From Podarcis liolepis (lineage: Eukaryota), in NCBI GenBank assembly GCA_965112155.1, contig OZ218100.1: a stretch of 64,000 bases of DNA. One strand, 5' to 3'. A program made the translations under genes and the position numbers. The notes below the pieces were generated by a model. That model had not been told where the DNA came from and made no database searches. It saw only the letters and a program-made list of their open reading frames with translations. This document shows, piece after piece, positions 34,791 through 48,196 of the stretch (the first letter of the stretch is position 1; every line of letters begins with the position of its first letter).

Positions 34791-37700
34791 TGTTTAGATG
34801 CACATCAATACACATCACAGCACCAGCCAAACAGCCCTTTTAAAAAGCTGCAAAACCTGCTCAGTAGAACAAGTAGATCTGCAAAAAATGAATCCAGCCC
34901 CCTTTCTCCTTTCTGATCTGTGAGCTACATTTTTAAAGAATTGAACAGCATATGTACTGCTCCATCTGCTGGATTGGGTAGGAGACTTTTTTTTTGCCAT
35001 GTTTGATTCTCTGTCAAGGAGGACTGCTTCTGTATACATGTACATGTACATATATTATGGATCAGAACATAATACTTCAAAGGGGGAGAGTTAAATGGGC
35101 AACACCTGATTGCATCTTTGCTTGATAAAAATCTTCCACTAACTCCAAAATTTGCCAATTTTATTTTTAGTAGTCATGCCAAGATGAGAAGCCACTTGAT
35201 CCAGCTTTTCTCTTTTTCAGTAAGTTATTGTGAGACACAAAACAAGGCATTCAGAAATACTAAACAACTAGCATCACAATTTACCTTCACAAATGCATTA
35301 TTAAAAGTTCATCAGATTATTCATGAGTCATTAGAGGAATCTACAGTACAACATCAATGGCACAAATGTCTCACATCAGCTCTGTGTTCTGTGCAGACAG
35401 ACAAAGACTTCCAAAAGCCTGGCCCTAAAAACATGTGGTCTTCCCTACCTGATCCAAGTGCATGAACAAAGTCTTTTTACCTCACTTTCTTCTGACCCGC
35501 CTTCACATTCCTTGAAATTTCCTGCAAAATAAATATTTGCAAGTAAGGTAATTTCCCAAGGCCCAAGCTTGCAACATTTGCAAAGCTACTTCATGGCCTT
35601 TGGGTGCCTGGTAAGAACACATGTGCTGTTTAAGATAAGTTTGATAGATCAAACCAGGAAGGCATCATGTGCAAGTGTCATTTGCTGAATTACAGGCATA
35701 ACTTGGAAGCACAAAATCCTAGGGTCAAATGAGATGTGATGATGGAGGATTGGGCAGTGTCTTAAAAGGCTAAAGGTGGTGTTCAGGTGCCCCAGTGCTT
35801 CCTCTTTGGGAATTGGGAATGTAACACTTTCCCCCAAGCTATTTTCTAAACATAGAAAACATCTGAAACTATTTTCCCCATGGGGTAAAATGCAGCTCCT
35901 GAGAGGTAGAGGAGGGTGGTGGAAATACCATTCATATGTCCACATCATATACAATGTTGTAGATTAGTATGGTATTTTTTTGTTTGCTGTTCATGTCAAA
36001 CAAACCCTCCCCCCAATTTTCCTTATTTGCATTCCTAAACACTGACATTAGAAAACAAGTAACAGCCATAGCACACACATCTTCTCACTTTGCTAAAAAC
36101 AATAAGGTTAAGAGAGTGCATAGATAAACCGATGGAAATCTGTGTGTTGGTAGAGCTATGTTTTATGTGTTTGAGTTAGGGCAGCTACTTACAAGCAGCA
36201 AAGCATAACTTATGACGCTCATTGCAAAACTCTGTCCATAAAACCTTTACAACCCCCACTCACCAGCAGGCTGGCCATTTATGCCACTGTATTTTATAGA
36301 AACTATATTTTAAAACGAGGGCTGTGTTATTATCTATGCATGTTCTCCTGCCTATAAAGCTGTGTGGCTGTATTTGCCTCGTATAAAGCTTTGAAAAATG
36401 GTTTAAACATTTATAAAAATAAATAGAAAAATGCATTTAGGTGTCAATAATTTAAGGTCAGGTGCACTCTAGATCTCTAGGATTAACTCTGCCACTATAT
36501 GTATAATATAAACAGAGAATGTGTGACCAAAATGGAGAGTGACTATTTGCTCCTTATAAAATGAAACAACACCCCTGTGCCTTTTGAGCCCCCATGCAGG
36601 CCTTCTCTAATTAGCAGAGGACTGAAGGAAAGCAGGTGAGCTATATTAGCTCGCAAAATATTTCCCTGATCTATGTTGAGGGAAAGAGCTGTACCACAGA
36701 CATTTTGGCATCAAGGCATGGAACAGTGATGTGCCTATGGCAAATGGCATATATGATGAAAGACACATGCAAGCAACATCTAAAATGGATATTGTTGATC
36801 ATAAGCAACATGTAAAACATTAAGCAAAATCTCATTAAATGGTAACTCGCTACCACAGATGTCAGCGGGGAAAGCAGTGGCCCATATGCTCTGGTGACTG
36901 CACTTGGCGATCATATGCTGCAGAGGCCAGAGAAGCCTTGGCTGTGATTCTTTGGCTCATTCGACAATTTCCTAACTAATTTTTAGCTAATAACTTCCAC
37001 CTTGCATGAAGGTTGCAAAATAATAGCTGAGCACCCATGATGCTTCATAGAATTTTTCCTCTGCTCTAGCTAATAGTCAAGAAATGAGAGCAACCAATTT
37101 TTTTCTAAACTATTTCCAGATGAAAGTTTTTTATTTTATTGGAGCATCTGCCTCTGGCCAACTAAGCAGATGTGGCATGTTTCTCAAACTTCTGTTGTCA
37201 GACTATCCAAACTTGGCCACAAATTTGCCAGCAGAGTTGATATGAACTTCTTTTACGTACCATCTTGAGAATACCTTTTGCTACTGAATTCCTGGTACTC
37301 AGATTCAAGCATTAACTTCCAGCCTGCTTGATCAAAGTGGTCCAAGATGTTCCTGTTGAAGGAAAAATCCATGGTAGGTTATTTGAGCCCAAGCAACACC
37401 CATTCAAACTGACCTTTCAACCTCTCCCAAGGATGGAGGAGAGGATGCATTTTGTAAACTTTGAGTGGCCCTACTCAGCTCTGGAGCATACTTTATAATA
37501 AAATGATGGTAATAAAAGTGGTGCTTAAAGCAGTTTCAGCTATATCTATATGACATATACTCTCTATATGAATTTAGCCACCTTATATATTGTATAATAT
37601 GCGTGTGAATGGGTATCTGAATAAAACACTCACTCGCCTAAAGATTTTATGTACACATAGATACTACTTTTTCTAAATTTCAGCTCCTTCCCCAATTTCC

Positions 37701-37927
37701 CAAGCTGAAACTGCTATCTGACATCCATCACCTATTTGACGTATGAAGGACATAATTTATTTGTAAACTCAGGATGTTCTTGCTTTATAGAATTGCTTGT
37801 ACTTTATAATTTATTTAACCATCATGATTGGAAATGCTTATCTAAGTGCTATGCATTGAAGTGTACATTTGCTGAATCCATTTCATTCTGTCTGTGGCTA
37901 TGTCCTTTTCCATAGTAACCATGGTAT

Positions 37928-37933
37928 AATAAA
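37928..37933 (+). terminator. KIF26B: Candidate distal poly(A) signal of KIF26B
   Basis: AATAAA at the end of an AT-rich, TGTA-rich, repeat-free block (about 37450-37930). Confidence 0.4.
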
Positions 37934-38057
37934 GTCACGTAAGGTTGGAGAGAGACCCCTGCTAGGGGGAATCACTTCTACTGAGTCAGTCACGAGAAGT
38001 TCCACAAGAAGACAGATCTACACACAAATCGTCTGCTATATCACCTAAGCTCCATTA

Positions 38058-38426
38058 CAGGGGTGGGGGACTTCTTCTTCCAGACCCAGAGCCACATTCC
38101 CATCTGTGCAACCTTCCAGGGGGTCAGCCACATGCCAGCAATGGGTGGAGCTGGAGGCAAAAGTGGCCGAAGAGACAAATGTAAATGTTACCTTTGTACA
38201 TGCTAGCTTCCATGCAAACGTACCCACCATTCCTTGATCCAGGCAACCAAGAGGCATTGTCGGGGTTCAAAGACCCATTCCAGTCAAGCAAGATCACTCA
38301 AGGAGGGCTGGTGAGGGTTGGCCTAGAGAGAGGGGGGGATGTGGCCTGAGAAGAGTCCTGGGAGCCAGACAGAGTGGCCTGGGGGGCAGCACTTGACCCC
38401 AGAGCCTCTGAGGTTCCTCACCTCTG
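38058..38426. mobile_element. hAT (Charlie-like) non-autonomous element
   Basis: Imperfect TIRs CAGGGGTGGGGGAC...GTTCCTCACCTCTG; TSD not recognisable. Confidence 0.55.
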
Positions 38427-39954
38427 CTTTGCTGGAAAAAGAACCAACAGGGAGGGGGTGGACCCAGACAGCAGTAGGACAAGAATGGAAAAGTAACCGA
38501 GAAACACACACAAAATGGAAACTGATTGAATGAATATGTCAAGCCTTTTGCCATTAAATTGTAAAGTTCACTGTTTGCTGGTTTAAAAAAAGAATCTCTT
38601 ACCTTTTGTGGTATATGAGGTGTGAAACATATTGTCAAAGATATGATGTTTAAAAGATATCAAAATATAGTGGCATTAAATGTTTACTTTTATCTTACCA
38701 ATTCTTGTGCTTCCCTGGAAGTCTTCCTTCAGTGAAAACACTTGGTTCCTTCCCACAGGTTTCTGGAGCAGGTTTTTGCCGGCGAATAATGCAGTATTAC
38801 AAAGTTACTTTAGGAAATGTGCACATGAGAGCCAGCACTGCCTTAAACATCCAATAGGAATTGGATTCTTGCTGATTCCACGACAGGCTGGCTAATTAAA
38901 TGATTCCCCAAGGAAGTAATAGACATTTTAAGGGATTAAAAGATTTTACCAGTAAGGTTACTATTTACTACAAGATCACTGGTTGATACCACTGTGGGGA
39001 TCTAAACAAAAGATTGCTGGGAAAGACTAAGATGATGACCAAATCTACATTTCCTCCCATCCTCAGCTATGTATATTGGTAAGGCAAAAACACTCAGATT
39101 TGGCCTCATAAAAAGCAATCCAGTCACCTGGTGTTCCACAAGCAAAGCCGCATCAAGAAACACTCTCTCTGCTTTAACATTGTGCTACTGGACCACAGCT
39201 TCACACATTCACCAATCAGTCTCCTGCCAAAAAAATGAGGGAAGGAGAAAAGTGATCACATCAGTTCTAGAAAACTCATTTCCAGTAGTGCCTCAATTAG
39301 CACTTCATCTCCCAACTTTTCATTAAGGAAAACAGGCACACCCTCGGGTGTTTATAGCACCCCCAGAAACACAACAAGGATCACTGCCTGCAAGCCTTGC
39401 CATGTACAGTATTAAACATTGCTGACATTATATACTCAAATACATCCAGACTTCCAGCCTGCTCAATACATGGTAGTGATGGAGTTGAACACTTAATTTC
39501 TCTTCCACTGCAATTCCAGTTGCAGAATGGAAGATCCATGATTAAGACTGCTAGCTCAACAGGCTAACACCTGAACAAGAAAACATTTAATCCCAAGCAC
39601 ACAATGTTTTAATACATACGTTTAAAACTGCATGTTGACTAGCACTGATGCTAAAGTCTGAAAAATGAGGAACAATGTCAAGGGTAGGAGGAAAGAGAGA
39701 AGAGACAAAAACAATTCTCAACAGCCTGGTGACAGCTGTAGTCAATCAATCAATTTCTTACAGTCAATGACCAGTATTAACAGCTGTAGCCACTTTTCCT
39801 GTTTCATTGGCTAAGATTATATACTTTGGAAAATAGCACAATCAGGAAAATAGCAAAGCAGAATAGCAACAGTATTTCTGTACTGGCTATCCCACCACCC
39901 TGTCACCAAATGGTTTTTTCCAAGATCAGCAGCAAACATCCCTAAGAGGTAATA

Positions 39955-40085
39955 ATTTATTATTTATTAAATTTGTATACTGCCCTTCATTCAAAGATCA
40001 CAGGGTAGTGCACAACGTAAAAATACAAAATGAGAACACAAAACACATTAAAAACAAACAAAAACAAACCAATAACCCTCCACTC
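39955..40085 (-). mobile_element. L2 LINE 3' tail
   Basis: TTATTAAATTTGTATACTGCCCTTCA...AAGATCACAGGGTAGTGCACAAC is the reverse complement of the tail at about 59970-60030. Confidence 0.65.
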
Positions 40086-41244
40086 CTAATAAAGAACAAG
40101 TGTATGCCATGCCTTGTGTTGAGCGACTTTTGCTGCCCTAAGAGAGGACAGCTTGGATTGAGGCCAAGGCTGCATCTTTGGGCCTCAGCAGCCTAAGCCG
40201 CTTGCCTTCCAAAGGTTATCTGTGAAGCTACCAGCTAAATAAAAATTAAAATTCTGGCATTTGCAGTGAAATTTGTTGGAAGGCACCTAATCCTTGGAAT
40301 TTCCAGTGCTCATTTGATCTCTGTTTAGAGCTGTGAGCAGAAACAATAACAACCCCCAAAAGGCAGTGGCTAATCCCATTCTGTTTGCAATTCAAAACAC
40401 TTTCCAGTGTGATTTATTTACAATGAAATATGCACCAATGTGAGTGGGACCAATGTGATTTACAGAACACGTTCAGTAACAAAATCTGTCAAAGATTAAA
40501 TTAAAATCCCAGCCTAGCAAGCAAGTCTTTTGCCTCTAGGCCTAGAGTAATGTACATAGGCAAAATATTGATTTTGCATAGAGACTGAAGCTTTATTTTG
40601 ACTGATGCAACTCGGAATTGTTATTGCCATATGGAAAAGAGTTGATGATATTTTTTTCCCAGCCAAGTTCAGTTGGCCCACAACAGCATTCATGCTCCAG
40701 ACACAGCCAACACAAGGACATTTGTCAGTGCTGGGAATGGGCTAAGAGACACGCTGAAAAGTTGTAGATGCCTATCTTGTTAGTCCGGTTTCTTTGTGTG
40801 GCAGGTAAAGAAGCAAGAATGTCTCATCTTCCCTACCTGGTGATACCGCTGTACAACTCTAATACTTCTGTGGTTAATAAAGATGATTAAAAATATGTGC
40901 TTTTAATCATCCTTATTAAGAATGCTTTTAATACGTCTCTGCCCTGTTAAAAGCATAACACCTAATTAATACATCAATGGATTTTTATGTTCCATTTTTA
41001 TAGCTGTATTTCTGACTCTCGATAATCCTATGTTCAGCTTCAGATCTCTTTCTTTCCGATTCCTACTTCATCTGATGCTTGTTATTATTCAAGTGGCAGA
41101 CTTTGTACTTCATACTATTAAAATAACATTTCAGATGCCTGCACAAGCACAGCTGTCTATCCACTTCCTAATCCCAAACTCTGATAAGCAGAAAGAGTAA
41201 GGGGGAGGGGAAGAGAAGATTCACATTCCTGATCAGCCATTAAG

Positions 41245-41365
41245 TCTGCTGGGTGACCTTTGGGCCAGTGACAATCTATCAGCCTAACCTACCTCATAGT
41301 ATTTTTGAGAGGATAATATGGGAGAAAACCCTGCACATTGTCCTAACATTTTTGGAGGAGGTACA
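41245..41365 (+). mobile_element. MIR-like squamate SINE fragment
   Basis: CTGGGTGACCTTTGGGCCAGTGAC...CAGCCTAACCTACCTCA; complementary copies at 42395-42530 and 62815-63190. Confidence 0.6.
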
Positions 41366-42394
41366 AAAGGTAGTAAGCAGAACTAGCATTTGTAGCCATC
41401 ATCACTTGGGAGGACCGTAAAAATATAATGAATCTCATTGTAAGTAAGTCTCTCTACTGCACAACATGGTGTTTGCTGCCACAAAAGAATCCTGTTGTTT
41501 TGGTTGGGTTTCTGTTTCGTAAATGGGGACAGAGATTTCACTCTATCTACAGCTAATAAGAAGTTATAGGAGTTCCACCCGTCCAGATGTGAGATGTGTC
41601 GTGATTGTTGAAAAGACTAAGGCCTCAAAAATCTGGATGCTTCAAAAATTTGTGATGCTGTTGATTTAACGAGGCTCTTTGCAGGTGTGATGAAACATGG
41701 ACAATTAGTAGCTAAAATCGGGATCTTCTATGAAGCTGTCTTGGCTTACAGAGAATCATATCATCGGGTGTTCTCGTCACTGATTGACTTGGCTTCATTT
41801 CAAGCTCACATGTGAAATCCTGGGTGTGGTACTTTTTTATTTTTTAAACTATCTTAAAGTATTAGAATACCTCAAAAGAGACAACATTAAGGACCATTCA
41901 CTCCCCTCCATGTTCTTGAGTTGCAGACTTGCCATAAAGGGCAAAACGAATAAATATTCATAATAAGTGCAAAATGGTATGAAAGGCAATTTCAGATTGT
42001 CTCTACATTTTGCCATAAATTCTCGACTAATTCTCACATAAAAGGCTTTAGAAAAAAGGGGGAAGGGGACAATCACATTCTATCTCTTCTTTACAATGAC
42101 CTTTTAAATATTATTATTTATTGGTTCTTTTTGCCACTGATTATTCAGAAATGAATCTTCCGGCTTCCCAATGGCGAGGCATGATGAATTACTTGCTCTG
42201 GCAGTTGTGAACGGAACAGTATTAACCCTCCAGGAATGCCAATTTTCTATCATGCTGTTTTTTCTTATAGCTATAGGAAATACATACAGAATGGGCTTTT
42301 GTAGTACTTCGTTTTAACATCTGTAAAAGGAGATAAAGGAGGGCACACAGGCATGAGCTATATCAGAAAATCTAGCTATGTAATAATTCACTAA

Positions 42395-42530
42395 TTTATT
42401 ATTACATTTACTTTCTCTCCAAATAGCTCAAGTTGGAATGTTTTCCTCCTCCTCCTTTTATCCTCACAAGAACCCTGTGAGGTAGGTGTGGCTAGGAAAA
42501 CAATTGCTCCAATGACACCCAGAGAGCTTT
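42395..42530 (-). mobile_element. MIR-like squamate SINE fragment
   Basis: TTTTATCCTCACAAGAACCCTGTGAGGTAGGT...GACACCCAGAGAGCTT. Confidence 0.6.
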
Positions 42531-44769
42531 TAAATGAGGCGATCACCCTTTCCACCTCAAAACAATGGCAACAGTGAGCTGGGGGCAGCAGAGGATGCTC
42601 TCAAGGGTGCCATTGCACACACAAGAGCTACACTGGCAACCCCAACTCTATGTATATGTACATTTAAGAAGTCTCCATCTCATTAAGAGCTACTGGGAAT
42701 TGGTTAGATGGTCTAGATACACAGGATTGTGCAGAGCCTAATTACCAAGACTGAATTCTTCATTTTCTTCAGAGAACGAATCTCTACAGTCCCTATTTCA
42801 AACCTACAATCTCTCAAAATAATTATAGGTAAAGAATTATATAGCATCCAGGGCCATTGCAAAAACAAAATAAATATGTTGATTTTGTTCTAAGAAGAGA
42901 CACCAGTAGGCAAATATTAAGGTTGTGTGACATGATATTATATAGGCCCCAGCTGGGCTCACTCATTCAGAGACACAATTTGTGAACCAGCATCTCCCTG
43001 TGGACAGTTCAGCTGTCATTAGCTTGGTTCCTGTGATTCTTGTAGCACTTTGCCAAGGTGATGGCACAGAAGTCGTCTCATATCTGAACTTCTGATAATC
43101 ATGAAAATCAGGAAATTCAATTCAGTTCACATTTAAAAGCAAACTTTTTTTTTCATTTTCCAAAGCCATTTGTGAACACAGCTATCCTTTGAAATTCACT
43201 TATTCAAACTTTGCAATGCAGTTCTGCAGCCGATCACCGTGCACAAAAATGCACATACTAGTGATAAGCGTGCATATAAATGCATATACTACTGAAAATA
43301 ACACACTAAAATGCATTACATGAGGGGAAATTCTTTTGCATCAATGTGTACAATATGCAAAAATGGGTAGTAGGAGAAATTTGCACATTTTATGAGATTT
43401 TTTTAAAAAAAACAAACAAACCAGAAACAGATGTAGAAATGTGGAAAACTGAACGGAACATTGGAAAATTGAGACATGGCAGGATCGGAAATGACATATT
43501 CACCCATCCTATTGAGAATAAAACTTATTTTTCCTTTGCCACAAAGCGGGGGGGGGGGGCGCGGACCACTCATGTTTTGATCCTAATATACAGGGCAAAA
43601 CCTGGAGACCCTTAGAAGTGTACCCAACCCCACTAAAATCAATTAGGTTTTAGTGTGTTTATTTATTTATTGCCTGACTACCTTATGGAACACAATTGCC
43701 CCTCCCTCCGAGGCAATATGCACAATTTCATAAAAAGGCAACAAACCACAATAACTATACAATCAAAAGTACATTACAACCCATTCAACAGCAGGAATTA
43801 ACACATCAAAAAGGAAAAGTGGGGGAATGAATTTCTTTCTTTCTTTTCATTTTCCCATCTTGAAATTTCAGAAAACTTGAAGACACTCATATTTCATGGG
43901 GGACAGCATTCCAGAAGTGTGGACCCACTACCCAGAAGTAATGTTTTTGATGTAGCAGTCAACATAATATCTTGCATTGATAGAGCAGAGGACAGGATCT
44001 CAGTGGCACATTCACTAAAGAGCAGGTATGTGCCAGCAGCTTCGAAGATTTACAACCCTGAATGATTTGAACTGAAGGGAATGTGAATTTCCCTGGTTCT
44101 GTGGCTTTCCATGGCTTCCCCTACTTTTTGCCTTTTAAGAAGAAAGAAAGATGCAGCAGTCACTGAGAGAGTGAATCTGATCTTACTTTATGAGCGCAAA
44201 TGACCCACCCGTGGACTCAAGAAGAAAGCATTCTACTGTGGTAAAGGAAGCAACATAAATGATATTATACGACAAAGTCAGAAAATCTCTTCTTGTTAGA
44301 TGGTCTTACTGCTGACAAGCAGCAGCAGAGCCTCGTGCCCACAGTCTAAGCTGCCACTCTCCAATCTTCCAACAAATCAATTCTGCTGACTTTTTTACTC
44401 CCTTGGCTGCCACTGATATCGTCTGTGATGAATTTAAGGGAAGCTGTCAGATCAAATGCAACAGAAAATGTAGTTTCTGTGAAACTTTGGTGTGAGGAGC
44501 AAAAAAAGTGTTACCGTTTGAAACAGAGACGGATCCTTCAGCAAATTGTGTATCATGTGAGAAGACAGAAAGTGGCCTGTAGGTAGAGTTAGCATTATCA
44601 TACATTGCACTGAATTTGGTTCTGTTGTAATGTAGAAATTATACTGAACTGAAATTTCAGGTTTTATCATTTATATCTCTGGGCTCCATGTTATGAATTT
44701 TATTTATTATCCCAAGCACAAAATACGTATTTTTTATTTAGTAGTATTTCTAATTCTAACTCTAACTCT

Positions 44770-44781
44770 AACAACAACAAC

Positions 44782-44829
<48 letters not shown>
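44770..44829. repeat. (AAC)n(AAT)n microsatellite
   Basis: Direct reading. Confidence 0.9.
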
Positions 44830-45710
44830 TACTATTAGAAGTTGTTGAGGTGGCTTGTGACACATTTCAAATACAGTAAAACAGATAAGAGTACAAATTG
44901 CTATTTAGCTAGTCAACACAAAGTTACTATTTAAACCTCATTGAGCTTTATAACTGGCTGGTTTTGTTTTTCCAGCATCACCCACACTGTGTGTAAAAGA
45001 ACAGTGAGAGCAACAAGGTCCCCTCTGCCTTTGCTGCTCTCTGTCTCTCTCCAACATTTACCCTGCAGAAATTAAATTGTCCAACAAATAACTCTCAAAC
45101 TAAAATAAATGCCTGTTTCATTTATTGCTCCTGCCGAGAGGAAACACAAAGAATGAAATAAACTGTAATCAATGAAAGGGAGTACTTTCCATTTCTGTAC
45201 AAAATATGTGAAACTTTGACAGCCTCCACGTCAAATGTTAAGTGTATATCCTGGGAGTACCAATGTTTGTTTAGTCTGTTTGCGAAACGGACATATGTAT
45301 CCTTTTCCTCACCAGGTCTAGTGGTTTAGCAGTTGGCCTCCATGTAACAAATAATTGTGTCCCTCATCAAACTGAATGTCTCCAAAATGCATGGTATATC
45401 TCAATCCAGCATCTTCCCCTTTGGATTCTAAATTAAAATTTGTTGAGCATTCATTTAGTCACCATACTTTCTCTCTAAGAATAAGAACCATTGTGACCTA
45501 CTCTGGAATATTTGTATGATAACGTAGAAGGTTTAATATATTTAATGTGCTGCATAACTACTGAGGCAGGCATTCCAGATTTAGTCATCAAAAACTGCAA
45601 TCCTTTATCTACTCAGAGGGGCTTATTTCTGAGTACACCTATTGAGGATTGCACAGGAAGAGATTTACAGCCCAAGTTAGGAAATTTTCTAAGAAATGTA
45701 ATTAGCCGTA

Positions 45711-45959
45711 CATTCGTACCTTGGATCCCGAACACCTTGCAAGTTGAACGTTTTGGCTCCCGAAGACCGCAACCCCGGAAGTGAGTGTTCCGGTTTGCAA
45801 ACGTTCTTTGGAACCTGAATGCCTGGCGGGGCTTCCGCGGCTTCCTATTGGCTGCAGGAGCTTCCTGCAGCCAATCAGAAGCCGTGCTTTGGTTCCAAAC
45901 ATTTTGTAAACCGAAAGGACTTCCATAACGGATTCCATTCAACTTCCAAGGTACAACCG
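45711..45959. mobile_element. Tc1/mariner (pogo/Tigger-like) MITE, second family
   Basis: TA|CATTCGTACCTTGGA...TCCAAGGTACAACCG imperfect TIRs; internal hairpin ATTGGCTGCAGGA-GCT-TCCTGCAGCCAAT. Confidence 0.7.
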
Positions 45960-46592
45960 CACTTTTGGTGAAGCTCCCACTCAGAAGGTCTCCAGAAAAT
46001 AATTATCAAACGGTCTACCTTTGTTATATGTGAGCATCTTATACACACAGTGGGTGTGGGTGTAAAAAAGATGAGGTGATGGTAGTTCCATATTGATTAA
46101 TGTGCTGTGACTACCAGCAAAAGATAGCTGCCTTCAGCAGAGGGGGAAAAGAGGTTAAAGAGTTCCCAGTACTCCACTCCAGTAAGGACTATCACAATAA
46201 AGGCACTGCTTACACATATAGCGTGCTAGATCTCCAAAATTTCAGGTACATATGCGCACAGCAGAGGGTAGGAAATATAATGTGCCTTTGGGATATCCGT
46301 ATAGTGATTTTCAGGCTTATCCTTTCAGCAGGGTGTCACACCTATCTGGAGACAGCAGCACCACTAAATGGTAGAATGAGCTGCCCATCTCTTTAAAACT
46401 TTGCAACAGCAGTAACACTGCTAAGAGCCAAACTAGAAATGCCACTGTGTGGATACAATTAACATGGTGCCACAAAAAAATGAAAATAGCAGCTGTGAGG
46501 GCAGAAGCAGGACCATGGGGACAGGTTTAACAGAGGCTTCCCACCACTGCAAAGAGCAGCTGCTGGGACAATTTTCGTTGAGACTATGGTAA

Positions 46593-46836
46593 TCTAATCG
46601 GACAGTTATGATGAGAGTGCATGTCGGATCTCGTCTTCAGTTTTCCTTTTTCTGTGAACCGTCCCTTGGAGCTCTCCGGGCCACATCCTGTTATTTGGCT
46701 CTGCCCAATGACCCACCCTTGCATCGCAGTGTTCACCTTCTGTTGTCAGATATTTCGGTTTTTAAGCCTTTGTGCTTTTTTATGTTTGTACATATTTTAT
46801 GGGCTAATAGCCGTAAATAAATAAATGAAATGAAAT
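46593..46836 (+). mobile_element. 5'-truncated non-LTR retroelement 3' end (family uncertain)
   Basis: Exact 11-bp TSD GACTATGGTAA (46582-46592 and 46837-46847), terminal hairpin GGCTAATAGCC, AATAAA and (TGAAA)n tail. Confidence 0.75.
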
Positions 46837-47384
46837 GACTATGGTAAAAAGAAACTCCCTTTACTGGCTCACACATGGTCCTAAGCCTATTAAGTGTCCC
46901 CCACACATATTTTACGAGTGCTTGTTTTAACATGCAAATTAATTGAATTCATGCAATTTACTAAACTTCCAGTTTGGTCCTTAATGCCTGGATCTGGCCT
47001 TCCCCCTGAACATTTTCCCTTTCTTAACCAGCCATTAAAACAACAACAACAACAACAACAACAGTTCTCCTTGGATTATTGCACTCCTTGGGTGGCTGAC
47101 ATGACTCAACCTTTCCTGAAATTTCAATTTTTCAAGTGCACAATGCTACACTCACCATAACTTGCTCAAAACACTTGAGGGGAGATGAGTCTCCAGCGTT
47201 TGCATTCATGAGATGAGGCTGTAAAGCATGCCTGGAGTGTTCATTTTCTCAGAAATGTATTCTCACCGAATGGTGTCAAGTGATTGTTGTGAAGAAGCTG
47301 ACTAGAGATTAATAAAATGACAGTCATGGATGGGAAGGAAGCAGTAAACTGTCCTGGTGGAGGAGGGAACAGGGACAAACGCTA

Positions 47385-47489
47385 AGGCAGTTTTAAAAGT
47401 TTGATGTTTTATTGTGTTTTTAATATTCTGTTGGGAGCAGCCCAGGGTGGCTGGGGCAACCCGGTCAGATGGTTGGCAGATAAATATTG

Positions 47490-47535
<46 letters not shown>
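47385..47535 (+). mobile_element. L2 LINE 3' end with (TAT)15 tail
   Basis: GCCCAGGGTGGCTGGGGCAACCCGGTCAGATGG homologous to 24020-24159. Confidence 0.7.
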
Positions 47536-47698
47536 GTGAAGCTTTCAAAACATGTAAATGGTTTCTGTTTAAATTTCTTATAGAAATATTTGGCTTTGTT
47601 AACATCCACTTAAAGCTTAAAAAATTAAGGGCAACTGCACTGGCTAAAATGTCTTGCTCAGTGGCAATCTCTCTCTTCCAATGCATTATTGTTTGGTA

Positions 47699-47888
47699 AC
47701 ACAGAAAGCGGCCTATGCTAAGTCAGACCATTGGTCCACCTCGCTCAGCATTGCTTACACCATCTGGCTGCAGCTCTCCAGGGCTTCAGACAGGGATTTC
47801 TCCCAGCCCTACTTGGAGATGCCAGGGATTGAACCTGGCACCTTCTGCATGCAAAGCAGATGCTTTCCTGCTGAGCTCTGGCCCTTCC
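47699..47888 (-). mobile_element. Squam3-like tRNA-derived SINE
   Basis: Reverse complement has head AGCTCAG...AGCATCTGCTTTGCATGCAGAAGG, B-box-like GGTTCAATCCC, and CR1-like tail TGGACCAATGGTCTGACT. Confidence 0.8.
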
Positions 47889-47954
47889 TCATACTAAATA
47901 TGAGGGGAAGCTAAAAGACTTTCCGAAGAATGCAGCAAACTGGGGTAACAAATA

Positions 47955-48196
47955 CAGTGGTACCTCGGGTTACATACGCTTCAGGTTACATACGCTTCAG
48001 GTTACAGACTCTGCTAACCCAGAAATATTACCTTGGGTTAAGAACTTTGCTTCAGGATGAGAACAGAAATTGTGCTCCGGCGGCACGGCAGCAGCAGGAG
48101 GCCCCATTAGGTAAAGTGGTGCTTCAGGTTAAGAACAGTTTCAGGTTAAGAACAGACCTCCGGAACGAATTAAGTTCTTAACCCAAGGTACCACTG
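47955..48196. mobile_element. CAGTGGTACC-family MITE, full length
   Basis: TA|CAGTGGTACCTCGGGTTA...TAACCCAAGGTACCACTG. Confidence 0.92.

Noticed and set aside
47401-47699. Poly-Y, poly-L and poly-N ORFs (also near 9005, 16723 and 33200)
   Set aside because: Translations of microsatellites
47955-48196. Periodic AGGTTA repeats resembling a CRISPR-like or telomeric array
   Set aside because: Internal repeats of a TA-flanked MITE; eukaryotic context, no spacer structure and no cas genes
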